From Candidatus Bathyarchaeota archaeon (GTDB lineage Archaea; Thermoproteota; Bathyarchaeia; Bathyarchaeales; DTEX01), in NCBI GenBank assembly GCA_963714275.1, contig CAVQNT010000006.1, positions 288,001-352,000 of the forward strand: a stretch of 64,000 nucleotides of DNA, written 5' to 3'. This document shows positions 43,586 through 52,815 of the stretch, piece after piece; position 1 is the first letter of the stretch; every line of letters starts with the position of its first letter. The notes under the pieces were generated by a model that ran no database searches, was not told the DNA's origin, and saw only the letters and a program-made list of their open reading frames with translations. The position numbers and the translations under genes were made by a program.

Positions 43586-44280
43586 TCACCATCCTTCCAA
43601 CATATAAACAATCATGATTATGCCAATTAAAATAAAGGCTATTCCAAAAATCTTTGTTAACCATTCACCTGCTTCAGAAATTTTTTGGCTTACTGCCTTG
43701 CGTGCAGTCGCCATCAAGACACTTAAGAAGACAACTGGTAAGGCATGACCCAGCCCAAACATCAAGAGTAGCAGACCACCGTGAAAGGGTGTCGGTGCAC
43801 TGAACATGGTTAATAATATGGCAGGCAAAACCAGTGATAGGGAACATGGACCTAAAGCGAAGGAGATGACTACCCCGAAAAGAAATGAACCCATTACATA
43901 GTTATATCTGGAAAATCGCGTCAACGAATTCCACCTCAAAGTATTTACTCGCTCAGTCAAAGAACTAGATTTTGAATGACGAATTTTTTTAAGTAAACCC
44001 AGATTGTTAATTCCAAAAAGAACAAGAAAAGCCCCTGAAATGCCAAGAAAAGTCGGTAGTTGGCTGCGTTTATTGGAATAAGAGAAGACACAGCGTAACC
44101 GAGAAAAAAGAAAACTAGACACATGGCTAAGGCAAGCTGACAGCCAACCACAAATCCCTTCCTTATATTCTTACTCATTCCAGTGGCATAGGTCAGATAC
44201 ACGGAAATGAGAGCGATGGAACAGGGTGAAAGAAAAGTTGTAATGCCTAAAAGGAACAAACCCGCATATTCACCTAACAT
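43586..44280 (-). CDS. CcdA/DsbD-like membrane electron transporter, frameshifted
   Basis: FLSPCS and LGPCS Pro-Cys motifs, FGLGHALP. Confidence 0.8.
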
Positions 44281-45057
44281 ATTTATCAAACTCCAGAAGT
44301 TTATAGATTTTCGACGACAATGTCTCAGCTGCTGTTTCGTCGGTATACACCTGTACCACATTGAATTCTTTATCTATAAGAACAATGGTTCCATCATAGA
44401 TCGAGTATATTACATAAGCATCGATGATGTCCAATGTTCTCATCAGCATAGTCATTTCCCAAGTACCAAGTGATACCGTAATCTGTCGCGAATGAGTGCA
44501 AGGTCGGTAGTTGGGCATGTTGACACCACGACGGTTACTATAGTAACAGAATTATTCCACAATAAGTATTACATACAGTTTTTAATTGCTTAAGTTGATT
44601 GTAATTTATAACTTGATATTGTCCATAGCAGCCTAAAGTCATGAAATGAATCAGCGATTACATTTCCACTATATTGATTGAGCGAAAATTGAGTTCCGTT
44701 TATGTCTTTCAGAGAGAAGTTTGGAGCCGAGCCTGTTAGCGAGGATTGCTATTCGTTTCACCTCCAATTATTGGAGGAAGCTGAACTTGGTATTGCCAGT
44801 ACTCATACGCCTATGAATATTAAGGCTAAACAGACAAATTCCGACAATTATTTTGCCTTTAGGCCAACTTTTCGGTTTTTTCTTCTTTGATATTTTTCTT
44901 TTAAGCATAATTTTTGTTCCTCAGCTATTAGCGCGCGCCCTAAGCCTTCTCGTCGTTATCTCCATTCATGTCATTACTTTTCGAACAATCGATTTTCCTA
45001 TATTCATCCCAGTTATTGATTCGATAAATACCCAAGGCTCATATCACATAATTCGAT

Positions 45058-45479
45058 TTATATGACTCGTATCTCAGGTTCAATTACTAATTCAGCTTTG
45101 ATTGATTGGGCTACAAGACTGAACTTTTCTGCTAACTTTAAAGCACGTCTAACCGCCTCTTCTCTGCAGTTACGAACTTTTATCTTTGGTCTAAGCATCA
45201 TCTTTTTGAAAACTGAAGTGCGGTCCAGTAGATCCTCAACAAGCCTTCAGCCTCACACTCGTAGGAAACCAAGTCAATCTTCAATTTCTCAACACTCCAG
45301 ATGAACATCAACTGGAAACACATATTCAAAGCACCTACAAAGGCATCCTCAGGGGTAAGCACATTGGGTTGGCCATATAATGCTGCTGGAGCTGAGAAAT
45401 CCATTCGTGCGCCGTTGCTACACGTTATCTCCCCTATGTGACCTCCCTTCCAAATGGCTGTCGTCTTGTATGATGGCAT
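45058..45479 (-). CDS. OsmC-like protein, frameshifted
   Basis: TPEDAFVGALNMC; C-terminus continues in an adjacent frame. Confidence 0.7.
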
Positions 45480-45507
45480 GTCTCCTCATCTACCTCTTGT
45501 GAAGATA

Positions 45508-45894
45508 TCATCCATAGCAGTCAGCAATCTCTTCAGCCACTTTTGAGGCTGCTTCTATTCCCTCTTCGTTTAGTTCTCGCCTTGGACTAGGATTCTTCAC
45601 ACCCCATTTTTTCAGCAGATCGGAAACCACTATTGAACATGCTGTCTTCCCACTGTATTTCTCGATGGCTTTCTTAGCACATCTCTTCTCGCAGCCATCA
45701 ACCGCTATGGTTGGGAAGTACTTGGCGAACATCCTCTCGCCCTTCTCTCCAATTGAGAAGAGAGGAAGACAGATCGTTACAGTATTATCAGGTCTCAATT
45801 TTTCTAAGACAAAGCGGGTGGCTATCCTAGAGATAGTTCCCTCGACACAGCATTCGCCACTGCAGGAGACAACTCCAATCTTAGGTGTGCTCAT
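45508..45894 (-). CDS. DGC-domain putative zinc-binding protein
   Basis: SCSG, TICL, IAVDGCEKRCAKK. Confidence 0.85.
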   Translation of the reverse strand: MSTPKIGVVSCSGECCVEGTISRIATRFVLEKLRPDNTVTICLPLFSIGEKGERMFAKYFPTIAVDGCEKRCAKKAIEKYSGKTACSIVVSDLLKKWGVKNPSPRRELNEEGIEAASKVAEEIADCYG

Positions 45895-46301
45895 GAAACA
45901 ACACCTTTATGGTTCAATTCATCTACCTTCAATGCAATCTTCTCAGCCAATATTCTAGATAATTTTCGTCCATCCTCGTCAAGAAAGGTTACACCATTAG
46001 GTTTTAGGTTTCTGTTTTCCCTAAGAATGTCGACAACTCTGAAACTTGCGACTAATTTGGCGTCTGAGAGTTCAAGGTTTTTCTTTGCGCATTCATTAGG
46101 ACAGCCGTCCACGGCGATGCATCGATGAGATTTAACTGAGCGTCTGGCATCTTCATCGCCCATTACGAGTAGGGAGAGACAGAGGGTGTCTGTTTCATCT
46201 TTCTTCAGGTCTTCGACAACACAGTATGTTGCATCTCTACTGATGGTACCGAAGGACTTCCCTATGCCGCTGCAGGGAATAATTAAGACTGGATCAGACA
46301 T
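45891..46301 (-). CDS. DGC-domain putative zinc-binding protein
   Basis: IPCSG, TLCL, IAVDGCPNECAKK. Confidence 0.85.
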   Translation of the reverse strand: MSDPVLIIPCSGIGKSFGTISRDATYCVVEDLKKDETDTLCLSLLVMGDEDARRSVKSHRCIAVDGCPNECAKKNLELSDAKLVASFRVVDILRENRNLKPNGVTFLDEDGRKLSRILAEKIALKVDELNHKGVVS

Positions 46302-46304
46302 GTT

Positions 46305-46773
46305 CTATACCTCCTTCTTACTACTCTTCCTCAGTTCATCCTTAATCTTTGATTTCATCAACTCAAAGTATTTCTCTGCTGTCATGAGATGCTGCTTATC
46401 TTCTTCAAGATTGGAGGGAGAGATTAGGACAAGCCAGCCTTCTCCATAGGGATCCTCGTTAATTAATTCAGGCTTATCATTCAGTGTTGCATTGACTTCT
46501 GTAATGGTGCCGTCGAAAGGAGAGACTATTGACACGACTGCCTTTATTGTTTCGAAACTCGAAATTTCATCTCCTCGTCTTACAGTCTTTCCTTTTTGTG
46601 GAAGTTCCACGAATACGGCGTCTCCTCCTCGTCTTTGGAGAAAGTCAGTTATGCCGATTTTGGCTTTGCCATTTCTCAATCTCAATCCAGACATCATTCT
46701 CCGTGTAGAGAAGACCTTTTTTTACCGTGAAGATGAACTTGTCAGCTACTTCCTGATAAAAATCATCACTCAT
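46305..46773 (-). CDS. Glycine cleavage H-like lipoyl carrier protein, frameshift near N-terminus
   Basis: IGITDF, ETIKAV (lipoyl Lys), PELINEDPYGEGWL. Confidence 0.85.
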
Positions 46774-47024
46774 ACTGGTCACTTCAAAACATTATTTGGG
46801 ATTAAGACTGTTTTTTCTTTGCTTGACAATCGAAGCAGTAATCACTGTCAGAGTTTGTCCAGAAGACTTTACCGCAGTCTGGGCAGGTTGCTTTTCTTAG
46901 TAAGTCGTTCTTTGGAGGACAGCTGCTCGAAGTAGGTCTTGTAGGTTTTGTGTGCAGGCGCATCCTTTTTGTGTCTCGTTTTTAGACATCTCTCTTAGCC
47001 TCTTTGGCGTTAGGAGATTATAGA

Positions 47025-47083
47025 TATTAATATATTTAAATTTATCGAATTATTGCATTGAATCAAAATATTTAAATATATTG
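47025..47083. promoter_or_regulatory. Divergent TATA boxes with candidate ArsR operator
   Basis: ATCAAAATATTTAAATATATTG at 47062-47083 resembles ATCAATAGATTTAAATATTTAGAT at 47574-47597. Confidence 0.45.
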
Positions 47084-47238
47084 TACAAGGCAAGATAGTA
47101 TTGAAGAATTTTACTGATGTGCAACGAAATGCAGACTAATGGAGAAGCAAAAGGAGCACTAAAAGGCTTGAGAGGCTTGTCTGCTCAGGTTTACGACCAG
47201 AAGAGGACCTGGAGAAATACGCGATTGAACTGAAGACT

Positions 47239-47550
47239 ATGGCTGATGAAGCAACAGATGAGAAAACGATTGATACTAAGACACGACTCTTAAAGGCGCT
47301 GGCCAATGAAACGAGACTGAAGATGTTGAAACTCCTCAGCAAGAGGGAAATGTGCGTCTGTGAGTTGACAGTCGCCTTAGACTTAACCCAGCCAACTGCA
47401 TCCCATCATCTCAATATACTGGAAAATATGGGGTTGATAAAGGACAAGAAGAAGGGAAAGTGGGTATTCTACAGTGTTACCAACCCTGAATTAACCCAAC
47501 ACTTCTTCGACTTCCTAGGATTAAAAAGTAAATCCAAAAAAAGATTCTAG
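47239..47550 (+). CDS. arsR: ArsR/SmtB family repressor
   Basis: KALANETRL, EMCVCEL, QPTASHHL; adjacent to acr3 and arsM. Confidence 0.88.
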   Translation: MADEATDEKTIDTKTRLLKALANETRLKMLKLLSKREMCVCELTVALDLTQPTASHHLNILENMGLIKDKKKGKWVFYSVTNPELTQHFFDFLGLKSKSKKRF

Positions 47551-47573
47551 TTTTTCATAGCTCAATAGTAGAA

Positions 47574-47597
47574 ATCAATAGATTTAAATATTTAGAT
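47574..47597 (+). promoter_or_regulatory. acr3 promoter TATA box / candidate ArsR operator
   Basis: TTTAAATA within an imperfect ATC..GAT palindrome ~50 bp before acr3. Confidence 0.45.
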
Positions 47598-47643
47598 ATG
47601 ATAAGTCTAGCTAAATCCATGATTGTAAGAGGAATCTTAGTGA

Positions 47644-48679
47644 ATGGCATCCGCAACTCAAGAAACTGAAGAAGTAACTCTCGGTATTTTCGAAAAATAT
47701 CTCACGCTATGGATAGCAATATGCATCGTCGTTGGTCTACTCTTAGGCAGGTTCTTACCCCAGTTTGGTCAGTACTTAGACTCTCTGAAGTTCGGTCAGA
47801 TATCGATCCCCATCGGCATACTTCTCTTCCTCATGATGTATCCGACCGTTGTCGGCATCAGCTTCAGCGACGTCAAGAAGGCGACCAAGTTCCCAAAGCC
47901 CATGCTAATCACAATAATCGCCAACTGGGTTATAGCCCCACCACTAATGGCACTCTACGCAAACTTTTTCCTCAAAGGAAACCCACAATTCATCGCAGGC
48001 GCAATTCTTCTAGGGATTTCGCCATGCACCGCCATGGTCCTCTGGTGGATAAAGATGGCTCGAGGCGACCTCGGCCAAGGCCTAGTAAACACGGCAATCA
48101 ACGCCCTTCTTATGATTGCACTCTACGGCACCGAAGCTGCCTTCTACTTGGGGGTCAGCAGTATACCTGTCCCTTGGGACCTTATCGTTTGGAGCGTCAT
48201 ACTCTTCATAGCTGTCCCAGTAAGCCTCGCAGCACTCACCAGAAGGACTCTTCTACTTAGCAAAGGCGAGGCTTGGTTCGAAGGACGATTCAGACCAATA
48301 CTTAGGAAAAATCTCGATCATAGCCCTACTCACAACCCTCATAGTCATGTTTTCACTGCAAGGAGAGATAATTCTCACCCAACCTCTCACAGTCGCTCTA
48401 ATCGCCGTTCCCCTCCTGGTCCACTACGCATCGATGATAGCTATCACTTATGGTGCATGCTGGTTTACGAATCTTGACTATAAATCCGCAGCACCCACCG
48501 TTCTCATTGGCTCAAGCAGCCATTTTGAGGTTGCGATCGCTGTCGCTACAACCCTCTTCGGTCTAGGATCTGGTGCTGCTCTAGCCACCGTAATAGGCCC
48601 TTTGATGGAGGTACCCCTTATGATTTCACTAACGAAGTTCTCTGGCATACCAGAGGCAAATTTCCCAAATCTAAACTAG
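47644..48679 (+). CDS. acr3: ACR3 family arsenite efflux transporter, frameshifted
   Basis: FEKYLTLW, MMYP, NWVIAP, SPCTAMV, SSHFEVAIAVA, GPLMEVP. Confidence 0.92.
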
Positions 48680-48725
48680 GAAAATAATTAAAATTTAAAT
48701 AGAAGGGAGAAAAAGGTGAGAATTT

Positions 48726-49484
48726 ATGGATAAAAAGAAAACAAAAAATGTTGTTAAAGAGAGATATGCATCAATTGCTCAAACTAAAGGTTCCTGTTGC
48801 TCATCCTCCTGCTGCGATACTAGAGATCTCACTGAAATCGGGAAAAAAGTAGGATACACTGAAGCCGATTTGAGAAACGTGCCTGAGGCTGCGAACATGG
48901 GTCTTGGCTGTGGTAACCCAGTTGCATTGCGTCTCTTAAGAAAGGAGAAGACTGTCCTAGACCTGGGTTCTGGAGGCGGAATCGATGTCTTTCTTGCAGC
49001 CAAGAAAGTCGGGTCCAAGGGAAAGGTCATCGGTGTGGACATGACGGATGCGATGGTTAAACGAGCTAAATTGAATGCTGTCAAGAACGGTTATAAAAAC
49101 GTCGAGTTCAGACTGGGCGAGATTGAGAAGCTTCCCATTGACGATGAATCAATAGATGTTATCATCAGCAACTGCGTCATCAACCTCTCAACAGATAAAG
49201 ATCAGGTATTCAGAGAAGCTTATCGCGTCCTGAAGACGGGTGGTAGGCTCATGGTCTCAGATTTGGTGACTGAGGGTGAGCTTCCAGAAGAGGTACGGAA
49301 AAGCTTCGACGCATGGGCATGCTGCATCGGTGGCGCCCTAGAGAAGCAACAGTATCTGGAAAGTATCAGGAAAGCAGGTTTCAAAGACGTTCAAATACTC
49401 TCAGAGGTAGCCTACGATATTGATGTATCTAGAGAGTTGAATGGAAAGATAACGAGCGTTCATGTTGAAGCCTACAAGAAGTAG
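48726..49484 (+). CDS. arsM: Arsenite S-adenosylmethionine methyltransferase
   Basis: GLGCGNP, LDLGSGGGID, ISNCVINLS, WACCIGGAL. Confidence 0.93.
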   Translation: MDKKKTKNVVKERYASIAQTKGSCCSSSCCDTRDLTEIGKKVGYTEADLRNVPEAANMGLGCGNPVALRLLRKEKTVLDLGSGGGIDVFLAAKKVGSKGKVIGVDMTDAMVKRAKLNAVKNGYKNVEFRLGEIEKLPIDDESIDVIISNCVINLSTDKDQVFREAYRVLKTGGRLMVSDLVTEGELPEEVRKSFDAWACCIGGALEKQQYLESIRKAGFKDVQILSEVAYDIDVSRELNGKITSVHVEAYKK

Positions 49485-49702
49485 ATGGCAACAAAAAACG
49501 TGCGTAATAGACGAGTTATACGCTACTAACATCGTCTTTCACAATAGCTTGCTAACCGTTAATTGAGCCTTTTTACTAGCTCACTACAGATTTTATGACT
49601 CTTACTTTAAGATAAAGACTTTAAGATGCAGAATCATAGAGTCCTGATTATAGATTATTTCGCCAAAATAAGTTAAATATAGTCTTATTTACATAGTTTG
49701 TT

Positions 49703-50053
49703 ATGCCCTACTGCGACAGTGACGATGTCCGCCTAGTTTGTGGCGTCGCAGAGAACGTTATCAGCAGCGGAGACATCGGTGGACTGATTGTTTACAGCGA
49801 TCAGGAAATCGATGACATTATAGGCAGTAGTTTCGGGGAGTCTGTGCCTACACGGATTAACCGTTTGTCGGCTCTTTTGACGTCTATCCAGATTTATAGT
49901 CGCCCTGACCTTCGTTTCCGTCTTGGACAAGCTGGCATAAACGAGCAGCAATTAGAGAAGAATCTTGAACGTTGGCAGGCTGAAGCTGACGAGATTTTCG
50001 AGTTTTACAGTGATGATGAAGGTTCTGGAGAGTTCAGGGTGGCTCAGGCATGA
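49703..50053 (+). CDS. Putative head-tail adaptor
   Basis: MPYCDSDDVR start typical of gp6/gp15-like adaptors; resumes viral gene order after the cargo. Confidence 0.6.
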   Translation: MPYCDSDDVRLVCGVAENVISSGDIGGLIVYSDQEIDDIIGSSFGESVPTRINRLSALLTSIQIYSRPDLRFRLGQAGINEQQLEKNLERWQAEADEIFEFYSDDEGSGEFRVAQA

Positions 50054-50502
50054 CGGACCTTTCAGAGGTAAAACAGAAAATCGTCGACATCCTCCTGGAA
50101 GATGATACTCTCAGCACACTTCTCAGCGTGGATCCTGCTGGAGACGTGCCTATCTATTACGGTTGGCAGCAGGGCAAACACCCCGTTGTTCCAAGCGTAA
50201 CCGTGACTGACATTGCTGAGTCTGGAGAGGTCTCAGGCCTTAATGATGGTTTTGACGGGACAACCCGTTATGAATGGTCTTACGTGGTAGTCCAGATTGA
50301 CGTCTGGGCGCCTGATGAAGCCTCGAGAGACGCTTTATCAGCTCAGGTCCGTAAGGCTATGCTTTTAGCGGTCGTCGAATTCACAGGCCTAGGAATGTCT
50401 TTTCTTTCTTCAGGCATCGCTGTCTTGAATGAGCCTAACGAGCTTGTTTTCCGTCATAGTATCCGCTACACTATTTTTTATCAATTGGAGGCTTCAGTTT
50501 GA
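50050..50502 (+). CDS. Putative tail terminator/completion protein
   Basis: PSVTV..VQIDVWA..RDAL..FRHSIRY pattern and position. Confidence 0.65.
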   Translation: MTDLSEVKQKIVDILLEDDTLSTLLSVDPAGDVPIYYGWQQGKHPVVPSVTVTDIAESGEVSGLNDGFDGTTRYEWSYVVVQIDVWAPDEASRDALSAQVRKAMLLAVVEFTGLGMSFLSSGIAVLNEPNELVFRHSIRYTIFYQLEASV

Positions 50503-50622
50503 GAAGACTTATTCGAGCTTCACTGCTTGGCGGTTTGATTCTTTTGGACGCTCGAGTTGCTTTAATCGCAACAGTCGGCGTGTCGTCAGGGTTATTGATT
50601 AAAAAATGGAGGAGGGAGATAC

Positions 50623-51073
50623 GTGCAAACAAAAAATAAAGTTGTGACTACACTTGTCTTAATTGCTTTATGCTCTTGTGTTGCGGTAGGCGTTTATGCT
50701 GCAGTTCAATATCAAATTTCGATTACTGGAACAGGCAAAATAGTTTCATTAAGTATCGAAATTTACAGCGACCAAGCCTGCACCACGAAGCTATCAACAA
50801 TTGATTGGGGAAGCTTCACTCCTGGACAAACAAAAACTGTAACCTGTTATTTGAAAAGCACGTCGACAATTGATTCTACTCTTTCAATGTCGACAGGAAG
50901 TTGGAGTCCGTCTTCTGCAGTCGAGTTACATCACTCTTTCGTGGAACCGTGCTAGTTACAAGATTACGTCAGGCGAGGTTGTTTCTGCAACTTTGACCCT
51001 AACAGTTAGCCAGTCAATCACGGGCATCTCGAGCTTCAGTTTCACAATCACAATCACGGCGACGGAGGCATGA
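50623..51073 (+). CDS. Secreted Ser/Thr-rich Ig-like protein, frameshifted
   Basis: Signal peptide, IDWGSFTPG, ITLSWN..FSFTITIT. Confidence 0.6.
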
Positions 51074-51077
51074 TGAA

Positions 51078-51458
51078 GTGTTAGCATCCTTAGAATCTCC
51101 TCAGACTATTGCTGCGATCCTTGGCTTCAGCTTCGGCTTCCTTTACGGAGAAGCCTTCAGCAAGTTTGACCAGGCAGTCAAATACGAGAACACTTGGTAT
51201 GAGAACCTTAACCCTTTACTCAAGTGGTTCATAGCTAGCCTGCTTGACGCTAACCACCACTTCCAATACGGGCTTGTCTTGATGTTGCTCACCTACCTTT
51301 ACACTTTGCCTCCCTTATGGCCATTGGTTCTGTGGTGGGCTGGAGCCGGTCTCGTAGTCTCTGATTGGAAAGACTACCAGTATGTCCTGAAGCGGATGGG
51401 GGTTAGATTCAAATTCACAGTCATCAAAGTTCAAGATGATCAAGATAAAAAAAATTAA
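51078..51458 (+). CDS. Small membrane protein
   Basis: Three hydrophobic segments and an HHFQYG motif. Confidence 0.5.
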   Translation: MLASLESPQTIAAILGFSFGFLYGEAFSKFDQAVKYENTWYENLNPLLKWFIASLLDANHHFQYGLVLMLLTYLYTLPPLWPLVLWWAGAGLVVSDWKDYQYVLKRMGVRFKFTVIKVQDDQDKKN

Positions 51459-51948
51459 TGGAGGAAAAAAAGAAAATGCCAGTCTATGTCGGAAAAAACG
51501 TTGCGGTATACATAACTGAAGACAGTAGCGGAGACATGGGCGCCTTCGTTGCTCAGGAAGTAACGATTGAGCCTAAACAGGCAGTTGAAGGCCTGGATGC
51601 TCTCGGAAGCGACACAATCGAAGAGTGGGCTGCTGGACTCAAAACCTACGAAGGAACAATCAAAGAGCCATTGATGAAGTCGGAGAAGACGGAGAAACTC
51701 AGTTCGAAAGAATGTCAGCCTTGCAGGAAGACCTCGTGGAATATGAGATGCAGCTGAAATTCAGTAACCCAAGCGGAGACATCAGCATCAGCTTCACAGG
51801 CGTAATCTTCCCAGACGTGTCTGTTTCAAGTCCTAAGAACAAGCCCGCAATGGTTACGACAAGGTTCAGAGCGAAAACCGCAGCGGTCGACGAGCAGCTT
51901 AGGAGAATTCTCTCTTGGAGAAACAACTATCCTTCACTGACGTCTTAG
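51458..51948 (+). CDS. Putative tail tube (major tail) protein, frameshifted
   Basis: AQEVTIE..ALGS..GLKTYEGTI..ISFTGVIF..TRFRAK; upstream of chaperone and tape measure. Confidence 0.6.
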
Positions 51949-52459
51949 CCAAAACTGAAGTTATGCGGAAACATAGCGTCTATGTTGAGGAGCTAGGCGG
52001 ATCCATCCCCTACTGCGACCTGACAGTTGAGGACTTCGTGGAAATCGCTAAAAACAAAAATGAGGATCCGCTTGAACTAACAATAAAACTCTTCTTTAAA
52101 GCTTGGCATCACGCAGACCCTAAAGTTACTTTGGAAGCTGTGAGAACCAAGATTCCCTTACCAGTCATCCTGAAAATCGTTAAGGAAATTGTGCCAGGAC
52201 TCGTTCAAACAGTCCCTTTAGGGAATTCGCCCGCTCCGAAGTAGGAAGACGAATCTACCAACTGAAGCGTCTCGGCTTCACCGTCCCCCAGATCCTAAAG
52301 ATGCCGTGGAGTCAAGCGACGTTCTGGATGGAAGCAATAGCCTACGAAAACGAACTTTGGACTTCCAGAGACGTCTCTGGAAGCCAAGAGAATTCTGAAG
52401 AAGGCTACGATCTAAACAGCTTCGCAAGGACTTTACGGAAAACAAAGGTGAAAAAATGA
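51915..52459 (+). CDS. Tail assembly chaperone G (51915-52244) and -1 frameshift extension GT (to 52459)
   Basis: In-frame slippery heptamer C CCT TTA at 52214-52220; the -1 frame is open to TGA at 52459. Confidence 0.7.
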
Positions 52460-52815
52460 GCTTGAAACTCGAGATAACAGGTGTCGACAAACTGGTTGAA
52501 GCTCTTAATCAGATGCAAGACTTGAAAGAACCCGTAGCTGACGCTATGGAGCTGTATCTCGAAAAGGTAGTTTCTGACGCTAAGTCCATTGTGCCCGTGA
52601 GAACTGGCACCCTTCAGCGAAGCATCATGTTCTCAGGCGGACGAGGAGAATACACTGTCGGCAGCCGAGTTAACTATGCGTCTTACGTTGAGTATGGGAC
52701 TTCGAGGATGCGTCCTCAACCCTTCCTTACTCCTGCTCTTTTATGGAATATTCCAGCGTTGAAAGATGCCCTGATGAATATTGTTAGCGAGTGGTTAAGG
52801 AGGAGGGGCGAATGA
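52456..52815 (+). CDS. HK97 gp10-like neck/tail component
   Basis: PVRTGTLQRSI, YASYVEYGTSRMRPQPFLTPA. Confidence 0.85.
   Translation: MSLKLEITGVDKLVEALNQMQDLKEPVADAMELYLEKVVSDAKSIVPVRTGTLQRSIMFSGGRGEYTVGSRVNYASYVEYGTSRMRPQPFLTPALLWNIPALKDALMNIVSEWLRRRGE

Noticed and set aside
44270-45050. Possible additional gene(s) between ccdA and osmC
   Set aside because: AT-rich fragmented frames that could not be assigned with confidence.
23648-49586. Classical integron or CRISPR array as the explanation of the junction motifs
   Set aside because: No RYYYAAC..GTTRRRY attC hairpins, no IntI, and no regularly spaced 25-40 bp repeats; cargo genes lie in both orientations and carry their own promoters.
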